A program made the position numbers and the translations under genes. A model generated the notes under the pieces. It ran no database searches, was not told the origin of the DNA, and saw only the letters and a program-made list of their open reading frames with translations. Source: Dehalococcoidia bacterium (GTDB taxonomy: Bacteria; Chloroflexota; Dehalococcoidia; SZUA-161; SpSt-899). From it: a stretch of DNA of 36,927 nucleotides. This document shows positions 25,829 through 33,574 of this stretch, piece after piece. The stretch covers positions 1-36,927 of the forward strand of contig JALPYG010000003.1 in NCBI GenBank assembly GCA_023271215.1, given 5' to 3'. Every line of letters begins with the position of its first letter. Position 1 is the stretch's first letter.

Positions 25829-26157
25829 CCTTCTGTCCTCGCTTTGCGGATAATTCTATCCATATCGTCTAATCTACGGGGATCTAATGTTACATCACGC
25901 TCAACGCAATAGTTAAGGGCGGCGATTTTACGGTCGATCAAATCCTGTGTCTCACTGGATTTCACCTGGGTTTTTAAGGAATTCAGGTAATCGATACATT
26001 TGTTCAGCGCACTCAAGCGCGTCTCGCGACGTTCCGAGCTGCTATATGCCTGTCGTAAGAGCATATCCGACATCTCGCAATAGACCGTTATTCTCTCCAG
26101 TCGATCTATGGTTATCTTCACCTTTTGTTTGTGTTCTATTTCCAGAACGTCTGCCAA
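25825..26157 (-). CDS. Helical hypothetical protein, possibly the 3' remnant of a larger gene
   Basis: Stop overlaps the PP2C start (ATGA); TTG start with no SD, immediately after a truncated toxin gene. Confidence 0.5.
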   Translation of the reverse strand: MADVLEIEHKQKVKITIDRLERITVYCEMSDMLLRQAYSSSERRETRLSALNKCIDYLNSLKTQVKSSETQDLIDRKIAALNYCVERDVTLDPRRLDDMDRIIRKARTEG

Positions 26158-26162
26158 GTGAT

Positions 26163-26369
26163 TTAAGTTTCGTGGAGACGATAGAAATCAGCAACATTGA
26201 AGCTAAAGAGGGCCCGCCCGAGCGCCGTTGCGTAATCCAGGTGGGCCTGGTCACTTCGCTCAATCATATTCTCCTCCAGAGCTGTGGTCACATTTACACC
26301 ACGCGCTCGCAATGAGCGAACCAGGTCCTGATCCATCGCATCTTCGTCGATGTACAAATGAATTGTCAT
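26163..26369 (-). pseudogene. DUF5615/VapC45-like PIN toxin, truncated at 68 aa
   Basis: LYIDED...LRARGVNV...SDQAHLDYA...GRALFSFNVADF; coupled (ATGA) to the DUF433 gene; lacks the C-terminal part. Confidence 0.7.
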
Positions 26370-26674
26370 GAATCGTCTTGAACGAAGCGAATATGCCCCC
26401 GTTCGAGTGTTTTGGCCTCAGCTTCTTCAACAGCAATGTCGTATTCGACCTCTTCCCGGTTGGCATGGTAATAAGCCAGGGCAGCATATACTTGTGCCAG
26501 TGACAGGTGTCCGGTACGGTTTGCGATCTCCTCAGGGCTCAACCCCAGTTTGTACCACCCCACAACGCGCTGGACCGTGACACCGGTTCCAGCGATCCGT
26601 GGCCGTCCCCCGCGCACCTCCGGCGTTTGAACGATAAGCTCTCCTATGTCGGTCACCTTTGGCATTGTCATCAC
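26366..26674 (-). CDS. DUF433-family antitoxin
   Basis: TPEVRGGRPRIAGTGVTV, GLSPEEIA, LSLAQVYAALAYY; SD GGAGG. Confidence 0.88.
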   Translation of the reverse strand: MMTMPKVTDIGELIVQTPEVRGGRPRIAGTGVTVQRVVGWYKLGLSPEEIANRTGHLSLAQVYAALAYYHANREEVEYDIAVEEAEAKTLERGHIRFVQDDS

Positions 26675-26791
26675 ACCCTCCGCTTAAGAATCCTTCATCT
26701 GGTTCCAACGCTCCCTGTCGTGTCCGTGGCCCGTGTCCGGAAGTCCCCCTTCCTTCAGCCTAATCCCCTTCAGTCTAACCTACCTGAGTAG

Positions 26792-27043
26792 TTACCCGAT
26801 TTGTTTCTCAATCCCTCTCTCCCAAATGTGCTTTGCCTCTTCAATGCTCTCATCACTGATTCTAGCATCCTTCCAGATTCCACGTAGAGAAATCACCTCC
26901 CCCTCCGGCGGGGTTTTCTGGGGCTCCCCATGAAGGATTTGCATTCTTACTCGCTCGTTCTCTCTTAAGTCAACTTTGTCCAGAAGTTTGATCACCCCTT
27001 TTTGATAGACGCCCTCTATGACCTGGGGTCGAGTAGAAGTCAT
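26792..27043 (-). CDS. AF2212/DUF104-like antitoxin-family protein
   Basis: VIEGVYQKGVIKLLDKVDLRENERVRM; SD AGGAGG; stop TAA supplied by a GTAACTACTCAGG element terminus (26783-26795). Confidence 0.7.
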   Translation of the reverse strand: MTSTRPQVIEGVYQKGVIKLLDKVDLRENERVRMQILHGEPQKTPPEGEVISLRGIWKDARISDESIEEAKHIWERGIEKQIG

Positions 27044-27099
27044 CTCAACCTCCTTTCAGTAAGCATCCTCAGCCGAATGAGCATGCTCAAATGCGAATA

Positions 27100-27156
27100 A
27101 CCTGTCTCGAAGATTTTGACTTGTGTTTGTCAGTCCGTAGGAATTATCCATTTCAC
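27100..27156 (-). pseudogene. HicA-like toxin remnant
   Basis: GTG 27156 directly after the hicB-like stop: VKWIIPTD*QTQVKIFE, resembling HicA N-termini; TGA at 27130-27132. Confidence 0.45.
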
Positions 27157-27157
27157 A

Positions 27158-27436
27158 CTACACTCTCGACAGATTCACAAAAGACTTGTCAAAGCTAATA
27201 ATCTCTCTTTTAGATCCCGTCACGCCTCCCTCCAGGTCATAACCCGCTTCCAATAAGAATTCCTCCAGTGTGCCTAGCTCTTTCATTTCTTCAAATTGGA
27301 TCTCAATGACTTCAAGGAGATTCTGCCTCGCTTCCTCTAGAGAGTTCCCCTGAGCCACCATGTCTAATTCGGGAGAGCGAGCTATATAGAGATTACCCTC
27401 TCTCCAAAACTCTATGGTTGTCTTTAAGGCATTCAT
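27158..27436 (-). CDS. HicB-like antitoxin
   Basis: FWREGNLYIARSPELDMVAQGNSLEEARQNLLEVI fold signature. Confidence 0.8.
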   Translation of the reverse strand: MNALKTTIEFWREGNLYIARSPELDMVAQGNSLEEARQNLLEVIEIQFEEMKELGTLEEFLLEAGYDLEGGVTGSKREIISFDKSFVNLSRV

Positions 27437-27466
27437 TTTTCCTTTCCCCCTTATTCTTGCTTTTCA

Positions 27467-27649
27467 GTAACGAGTCAGGTTGCCAGGCCTGGCCCCGGCC
27501 GCAGGGCGAGGGGCTCACGATTCCAGGTTCACGGCTCAGGGTTCTACCTTCAGGGTTCAGGCTTCACGCTTAACAGGTCACACATCACAGATCATGCTAT
27601 TCGCTACACGCTAACTGTGAACCCCGGAACTTTGAACCTGAGTCGTCAC
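27467..27649. mobile_element. 183-bp MITE-like element with 13-bp terminal IRs enclosing heptamer arms
   Basis: GTAACGAGTCAGG (27467-27479) vs CCTGAGTCGTCAC (27637-27649), 11/13; internal (GG(T/C)TCA(C/G))n and GAAC-type arms. Confidence 0.7.
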
Positions 27650-27810
27650 CTTTATTCTAAATCTTTTTGCAAAGAACTATAGTTGAATCCCTCCTTAGTT
27701 CTTCGTGGATAACAGTTACTGCTTTACAACATCCTTTCACCTCGATAACAAGATTTTATCCTCTTGCCGGATCTTCTCAATCTAACGGTCGTCTTGGGCT
27801 CTCCCTTTGC

Positions 27811-28047
27811 TTATTCGTAACCGCCTCTTCGTGAGATTCTTTCAACAGGATTACAGGACTGGCAACATTCTTGTAAGCATTCATCTGAAAACGGACAGTT
27901 AACAGGTGACGGCTGAACACTCACATAGGTAGAGGTGTGGATAATCACCAGGGGGGCAACATGCGGGAGCTTTTGCGGGCAACCCTGTTTCTCAAGGAGT
28001 CGCCGCCAGAAGAAGCTCTTTGCCTGGCAGTCAAGCACTTCTTTCAT
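27811..28047 (-). CDS. Possible small Cys-rich protein
   Basis: ATG with GGAG SD downstream of a sigma70-like promoter; CPFSDECLQECCQSC; no family recognised. Confidence 0.3.
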   Translation of the reverse strand: MKEVLDCQAKSFFWRRLLEKQGCPQKLPHVAPLVIIHTSTYVSVQPSPVNCPFSDECLQECCQSCNPVERISRRGGYE

Positions 28048-28164
28048 TGGGCTTGCTCCACCGATGGCCGCTTACAGGCTCAATTATCGGGCCAGGGGCC
28101 GTACCTGTGATTTAGCATTGTCAGGACGTGGCCCCATCAGTTTCATCTGTCTGGTTTGGTTTCT

Positions 28165-28194
28165 ATTATATACTGAACGACTATTGATAGGCAA
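28165..28194 (-). promoter_or_regulatory. Sigma70 promoter facing the TA/ESCRT block
   Basis: Minus strand TTGCCT (28194-28189), 18 bp, TATAAT (28170-28165). Confidence 0.55.
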
Positions 28195-28253
28195 GATCAT
28201 TCCGAACGTACCTCCGAAACCTGATAAGGGAAAGGACTTTAGTGCGAGATCCC

Positions 28254-28424
28254 ATTGATGCTGCGCTGAGGGATGTGTGAAGCAGGCTCTCCCCGCTCTA
28301 CGAGGCGCTGGAAACACGAAAGCTTGACCTGGACGACCAGACTCCCAGAATCAAGCAACTAAGAGGTCGCCAAGATGAACTGCGGCGGGCACGGAATCAA
28401 ACAGATGGGGAGATGGCGGCGGAG
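28254..28424 (+). pseudogene. Fragment of a large serine recombinase coiled-coil region
   Basis: Hand translation IDAALRDV*SRLSPLYEALETRKLDLDDQTPRIKQLRGRQDELRRAR resembles the RLxxLYxALExGxLxLxDLxPRIxxL segment of large serine recombinases; not in the ORF track. Confidence 0.55.
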
Positions 28425-28443
28425 CTCCTTTTCCTTTCCCTGC

Positions 28444-29820
28444 TCATACTATATCCGGAGGTATGAATCCCCGGGAGACAAAGTCACGCTCCCAGGCGGC
28501 ATCCAACACCCTGGCTACCTCCGCCGAGTATCTGTCCAATTCACCACAGAGGGTGGTGACCAGTGTCTCGGCACCCTCGTGAGTAGGGTAGGGGCGAAAC
28601 TCAGCGCAAACCTCCCGAAGCACATGGGGGTGATCGATAATCATGCATGGGCGCAAGAGGTTACCACTGTTGTATATATGTAGCTGGCGGGATCTGATTC
28701 CCCTGAAGTAAGGCGAGTTAAGAATTTCTTTCAAACTTTTCTGCTTGACATTGTCGGTTGCTAGATGGGCAAAAATACAGGGCTCTACATCGCCGTGTGA
28801 GTTGATGTGAAAGAAGTGGCGACCAGCGGCGATACAGCCACCAACAAAGGGGGCGTCGTTCCAGAAGTCGAAAACCAGGATTGGCTTCTCCTCGCGGATG
28901 CGCTGAGCCCCCCGTAGTCTCATCAACTCTCGCTGCTCGGCGGTGGGCATTAAGCTGACATTGGGGTCAATCCCTGAGGGCATATAGAGAAAATGCCAGC
29001 CAAAGAGGCAACCTTTCTCAATGAGCATGTCGTTAAATTCATCGCTGATAATGGTCTCCACATTCTGGGAGGTAACCATTACGGAATACCCAAATATTAC
29101 CCCTGCCTCCCGCAGGTTATCCATTCCCTGCATTACCTTCTGGAAGACTCCCCTGCCCCGCCGGGCATCTGTTTCCTCCTCAAAGCCCTCCAGGCTGAAG
29201 ATGATAATCACGTTGCCCAGCTCCGCCAGCTTCCCGGCCACCTCTTTGTTGACGAGAGTCCCGTTGGTATAAATGTGAAATGTAATGTCGCTATGACGCC
29301 GGTAAATGTCCCACAGGTCTGGCCGGATGAACGGCTCGCCACCCAGAATAGTCACAAAGAAGATTCCCAGATCCTTCCCTTCTGTCAACACCTGGTCGAT
29401 GACCTCAGTCTCCAGGTCGTCCTTCATACTGTAATTAGCGGCATAGCAACCAGCACAGCGCAGGTTACAGCGCATGGTGGGGCTAATGAGAAAGGTGTTA
29501 GGAATAGACAAGCCTTCCTTTTTTCTTATCTCCTCACGCCTCACGCTCCCGTACCAGTGGTTTCTAATCACAAAACTGTCCATCACTCTCTCCCTCACGT
29601 GAGGGTTTGCCTGACGAACAAATCTCCGGAAGAACTCGATGGTGGGGTGCTGCTTGTGGCACAACTCCTCTAGCGAGCTAAGTATAGATCTGGAGAATTC
29701 GGTGGGAGCGAACTTTCCCGCTACCCTGAGGACTTTCTCCAAATCCTTATCCGACATCCTGCTCACCAAAGGGAGCATCCGCTTCGCTGCCTGCCTGACG
29801 GCGAACTCTTTTAGGGCCAT
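28444..29820 (-). CDS. Radical SAM protein with SPASM/twitch domain, substrate unknown
   Basis: CNLRCAGCY, LGGEPF, YTNGTL, GGCIAAGR...GDVEPC, RPCMIID; SD GGAGGAG. Confidence 0.88.
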   Translation of the reverse strand: MALKEFAVRQAAKRMLPLVSRMSDKDLEKVLRVAGKFAPTEFSRSILSSLEELCHKQHPTIEFFRRFVRQANPHVRERVMDSFVIRNHWYGSVRREEIRKKEGLSIPNTFLISPTMRCNLRCAGCYAANYSMKDDLETEVIDQVLTEGKDLGIFFVTILGGEPFIRPDLWDIYRRHSDITFHIYTNGTLVNKEVAGKLAELGNVIIIFSLEGFEEETDARRGRGVFQKVMQGMDNLREAGVIFGYSVMVTSQNVETIISDEFNDMLIEKGCLFGWHFLYMPSGIDPNVSLMPTAEQRELMRLRGAQRIREEKPILVFDFWNDAPFVGGCIAAGRHFFHINSHGDVEPCIFAHLATDNVKQKSLKEILNSPYFRGIRSRQLHIYNSGNLLRPCMIIDHPHVLREVCAEFRPYPTHEGAETLVTTLCGELDRYSAEVARVLDAAWERDFVSRGFIPPDIV

Positions 29821-29879
29821 TTTCTCCTCCGTTTAGTTTTGATTTCCCCTTCGACCTGCTGCATGGTGGGATGTCTAAG

Positions 29880-29951
29880 TGGCAGCGGAGGGATTCGAAC
29901 CCCCGACCAGAGGCTTATGAGTCCCCTGCTCTACCGCTGAGCTACGCTGCC
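29880..29951 (-). tRNA. tRNA with CAT anticodon (elongator Met or Ile2)
   Basis: GGCAGCGTAGCTCAGCGGTAGAGCAGGGGACTCATAAGCCTCTGGTCGGGGGTTCGAATCCCTCCGCTGCCA; G1-C72 paired so not initiator; CCA not encoded. Confidence 0.93.
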
Positions 29952-29961
29952 ACACGCTAAG

Positions 29962-29990
29962 AATATAGCACCTTACAACTCGGCTGTCAC
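29962..29990 (-). promoter_or_regulatory. Promoter of tRNA(CAT)
   Basis: Minus strand GTGACA, 17 bp, TATATT with extended TG. Confidence 0.55.
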
Positions 29991-30032
29991 GCCGCCGCCC
30001 AGGGGTCGCACTTTACATAACATTAGCGCTCT

Positions 30033-30062
30033 TTGATTTTGGAGGACGGGCTGTGGTAGTAT
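30033..30062 (+). promoter_or_regulatory. Promoter of tRNA-Pro/mfd
   Basis: TTGATT, 18 bp, TAGTAT with extended TG. Confidence 0.45.
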
Positions 30063-30080
30063 AGTAATTGTCCAGCACGT

Positions 30081-30154
30081 CGGGGTGTGGCGCAGCCTGG
30101 TAGCGCACCTGCATGGGGTGCAGGGGGTCGGAGGTTCAAATCCTCTCACCCCGA
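30081..30154 (+). tRNA. tRNA-Pro(GGG)
   Basis: CGGGGTG acceptor stem, CCTGC-ATGGGGT-GCAGG anticodon arm, GGTTCAAATCC T-arm; CCA not encoded. Confidence 0.95.
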
Positions 30155-30228
30155 TTTTCGTTGGAAATACTGTTGTCTTCTAAAACAGGGCTACTCGCTT
30201 GCGACTAGCCCTTTTGGTGTGAGCAAAG

Positions 30229-33200
30229 ATGAATCTCTCCGGCTTGCGGGCGCTGATGCGGGATGTTCCCGCTTACCACCAGCTTATCCAGGGTAATGGC
30301 AGACAAAAGACGGTAGTCCTCGAGGCCGCCACACCCTTTCTCCTGGCCTGTCTCTATCACGATCTCGGTGTGCCACTCTTGGTCGTCACTCCCGGAGTTG
30401 AAAGAGCGAAGGGACTACACGAGGAGCTATCAAAATGGTGTCATCCCGATGCTCCGGTGCGTCTATTTCCTGAAATTGACATTCCCCCCTACGAGCGCCT
30501 TGCCCCCGATCCCTCGACTGTCCAGCAGAGATTGCAGGTACTGTCCAGACTGAACGAGTGGGATAGGTTGAGCTTGCCTCCCCTGATCGTAGCCTCGGCT
30601 TATGCCGTAGCCCGGAAGACCCTATCCCCGGCTGATTTTGCCTCCGCCTGCCAGGTGGTGAAAAAGGGAATGCGCATTGAACCAGATACACTTATCGCGC
30701 AGTGGATACGCCTGGGTTACGAAATGGCCCAGGTGATAGAGACACCGGGAACCATCAGCAAGCGAGGCGGCATCGTAGATGTATTCTCACCAGGCAATGA
30801 CCTCCCGGCCCGGATCGAGTTCCTCGGAGACGAAGTCGAGAGCATCCGATGGTTTGACCCGGGCACCCAGCGCTCGGTGGGATTCACCGATTCGGTAGCA
30901 ATTGTACCCGCCGGGGAGCTCCCCCCGCCGGAGAGGGAACTCATCGAAGGGTCGTTTGGCGAAAACGGCGGCGCCATAACCGACTACCTCCCTCGCGAGT
31001 CGCTGGTTGTTCTTGACGACCCCGAAGGAATTGTCGCCGAAGCGATCTGGGAGTCTGAAGCCGCAGGATTGCGTCCCGACCATTTCACTTGGTCTGAGAT
31101 ACGGGAGAGGCTGGGGACAATCAAGCAACTGCTCTCGCTCCAGAAATGGGGAGATGAGAGGGTGAGCTCTCTATTTGACTTCGGCGCAGCCCCTGGCTAC
31201 GGGGGCCAAGTCTCCCGTTTTCTGGAAGACACAGAGACCGGTCTGAAGGGTGGCAGACGGATCGTGGTCGTTTCCCAGCAGTCCGAGAGGCTTTCCGAGC
31301 TTCTTCGGGAACGGGATATCCAGGCTTCTCCACAGGCACAACTGGATCAATTGCCACCATTGGGTTCGCTGACCCTGGTTCATGGCTCGTTGGCCGGCGG
31401 TTGGGCCTGGAATGGGACCCTGCTGCTCACCGATGCCGAGCTCTTTGGATTCGTAAAGAAGCGTCGGCCGGCTCCCAAGCGCCGTGCCGAGCAGAAGGTC
31501 TTACTTGCCGACCTATCCGTTGGCGACCATGTGGTCCACGTCGATCACGGTATCGCCATGTTTTCCGGGATAACCCGCATCGCCTCGGATGGCACGGAGC
31601 GCGAGTATCTGATCCTGGAGTACGCCGAGGGTGACCGGCTGTATCTTCCTTCCGATCAGGTGGACCGAGTAGCCCGTTATATCGGCTCCAGCGGTTATTT
31701 CCCCTCCCTCAGCCGGCTGAGCACCCAGGAATGGACTCGCACCAAAGAGCGGGTCAAGAAGGCAGCGGCTGAGCTGGCCCAGGAACTCGTCGCCATTTAT
31801 GCTTCACGGGAGATATCCTCCGGAATTGGCTTCTCGCCGGATACCGTGTGGCAGCAGGAATTTGAAGCCTCCTTCCCCTATGTGGAGACCCCCGATCAAT
31901 TGGAAACGATCCGCAGTGTAAAAGAGGACATGGAGAAATCCAGGCCAATGGACCGACTGGTGTGCGGCGATGTGGGCTACGGTAAGACCGAGGTGGCGGT
32001 CCGGGCTGCCTTCAAGGCGGTGATGGACGGTATGCAGGTGGCCGTCCTGGTGCCGACTACCGTCCTTGCCCAGCAGCACTTCATCACTTTTGCCGAAAGG
32101 CTGGCCGCCTTTCCCATAAAGATCGAAGCGCTGAGCCGGTTTCGTTCCCCCAGGGAGCAGCAAGATGTGCTGGCGAGATTGGCAAACGGCGCTGTCGACA
32201 TCTGCATCGGGACGCACCGTCTGCTGCAGAGGGACGTGGTATTCAAGGATTTGGGGCTGGTCATCATCGACGAGGAACAGAAATTCGGGGTGGCGCACAA
32301 GGAACGGCTCAAGCAGTTGCGCCGGGAAGTAGACGTGCTCACGCTGAGCGCTACTCCCATCCCGCGCACCCTCCACATGTCGCTCATCGGGGTTCGCGAC
32401 ATGAGCACCATGGAGACTCCCCCGGAGGCGCGCCTGCCGATAAAAACCTATGTCGCCGAGTATAGCGATGAGCTGATTCGAAGCGCGATACTAAGGGAGT
32501 TGGACCGCAATGGGCAGATCTTTTTCGTGCACAACCGGGTGCAGAGCATCGCCTATGTTGCCGGCCGGCTGAGGGATTTGCTGCCCGAGGCCAGAATTGC
32601 CGTCGCCCACGGGCAAATGCCTGAGGAATTACTGGAATCGGTGATGGTCGATTTCATCGCCGGCAAGGTTGACGTGCTGGTTTGCACCGTGATCGTCGAG
32701 TCGGGGCTGGACTTACCGAATGTTAACACCTTGATAGTCAATCAGTCCGACAAGCTGGGTTTGACCCAACTGTATCATCTGCGGGGCAGGGTGGGGCGGG
32801 GAGACGTCCGGGCATATGCCTATTTTCTGTATGAAAAGGGCAAGCGGCTGACCGAGCCGGCCCGGAAACGCCTCAAGACCATCTTTGAGGCCGCCGAGCT
32901 CGGTGCGGGGTTCCGCATCGCCATGAAGGACCTCGAAATCCGCGGGGCGGGCAATATCCTGGGGCCGGAGCAGAGCGGCCACATTGGGGCGGTGGGGTTC
33001 GACCTGTACTGCCGGTTGCTGTCCGAGGCAGTGGAGGAACTGAAAAGCGGGGAGGAGAAGCGAGGCCCTCGACGTGCTCCCCTCACCGTCGATCTACCCA
33101 TTACGGCCTATATTCCGGAAGACTACGTGCCTGATCTAAACACTCGCCTGGCCCTTTACCAGAGGCTGGCGAATCTCGATTCCATGAAGCGGATCGAGGA

Positions 33201-33504
33201 TATCCGTCAGGAACTCAAAGACCGGTTCGGCCGGATGCCTCTACCGGTTCAGAATCTGCTCTATCTGGTCAGAATCAAACTCCTGGGTACTGAAGCCGGC
33301 GTTCAGAAAATCTCCGCCGAGGGCAAGCAGATTCTGCTCCGGATGGGGAGCGAGGCGAAGGTGGACAGGGCCTTGCTGCAAAGCAGTTTTGGCAGTAGCT
33401 TGAAGGTGGGCACAACCCAGGTGAGACTGGACAAGAGGCAACTCGGTCAGCACTGGGCAAGGGTACTCGAAGCTGTGTTGCGGTCGATGGCCGCGAGTCG
33501 ATAG
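30229..33504 (+). CDS. mfd: Transcription-repair coupling factor
   Basis: UvrB-homology module (RGGIVDVF), CarD-like RID (VVHVDHGI), CGDVGYGKT, DEEQKFGV, SATPIPRTL, KDLEIRGAG, TRCF C-terminal domain. Confidence 0.97.
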   Translation: MNLSGLRALMRDVPAYHQLIQGNGRQKTVVLEAATPFLLACLYHDLGVPLLVVTPGVERAKGLHEELSKWCHPDAPVRLFPEIDIPPYERLAPDPSTVQQRLQVLSRLNEWDRLSLPPLIVASAYAVARKTLSPADFASACQVVKKGMRIEPDTLIAQWIRLGYEMAQVIETPGTISKRGGIVDVFSPGNDLPARIEFLGDEVESIRWFDPGTQRSVGFTDSVAIVPAGELPPPERELIEGSFGENGGAITDYLPRESLVVLDDPEGIVAEAIWESEAAGLRPDHFTWSEIRERLGTIKQLLSLQKWGDERVSSLFDFGAAPGYGGQVSRFLEDTETGLKGGRRIVVVSQQSERLSELLRERDIQASPQAQLDQLPPLGSLTLVHGSLAGGWAWNGTLLLTDAELFGFVKKRRPAPKRRAEQKVLLADLSVGDHVVHVDHGIAMFSGITRIASDGTEREYLILEYAEGDRLYLPSDQVDRVARYIGSSGYFPSLSRLSTQEWTRTKERVKKAAAELAQELVAIYASREISSGIGFSPDTVWQQEFEASFPYVETPDQLETIRSVKEDMEKSRPMDRLVCGDVGYGKTEVAVRAAFKAVMDGMQVAVLVPTTVLAQQHFITFAERLAAFPIKIEALSRFRSPREQQDVLARLANGAVDICIGTHRLLQRDVVFKDLGLVIIDEEQKFGVAHKERLKQLRREVDVLTLSATPIPRTLHMSLIGVRDMSTMETPPEARLPIKTYVAEYSDELIRSAILRELDRNGQIFFVHNRVQSIAYVAGRLRDLLPEARIAVAHGQMPEELLESVMVDFIAGKVDVLVCTVIVESGLDLPNVNTLIVNQSDKLGLTQLYHLRGRVGRGDVRAYAYFLYEKGKRLTEPARKRLKTIFEAAELGAGFRIAMKDLEIRGAGNILGPEQSGHIGAVGFDLYCRLLSEAVEELKSGEEKRGPRRAPLTVDLPITAYIPEDYVPDLNTRLALYQRLANLDSMKRIEDIRQELKDRFGRMPLPVQNLLYLVRIKLLGTEAGVQKISAEGKQILLRMGSEAKVDRALLQSSFGSSLKVGTTQVRLDKRQLGQHWARVLEAVLRSMAASR

Positions 33505-33574
33505 TCGATAGTCGATAGTCGATAGTCCCCCACCCCTCCCCATGTGACTATTGCCTGCCGACTGCTGACCGCTA
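33495..33574. repeat. Heptamer palindrome (GATAGTC)4 + C-rich core + GAC-type arm between convergent mfd and ilvE
   Basis: Contains the mfd TAG (33502-33504) and ends at the ilvE TAG (33574-33572); may also act as a terminator. Confidence 0.8.

Noticed and set aside
27130-27132. TGA read as Trp or Sec (alternative code) in the hicA remnant, recombinase relic or ligase
   Set aside because: TGA ends many intact genes here, these loci show other decay, and none is at a Cys-equivalent site.
28084-28100. SAM-I riboswitch (CTGGCCCGAT on the minus strand)
   Set aside because: The other SAM-I elements (ATCnAGAG, GAGGGA, GCAACC, GTGC) are missing.
29880-30154. tRNA genes as the integration site of the ESCRT/TA block
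   Set aside because: I found no duplicated tRNA 3' end elsewhere in the window.
30087-30296. 69-aa ORF
   Set aside because: Overlaps tRNA-Pro; a translation artefact.
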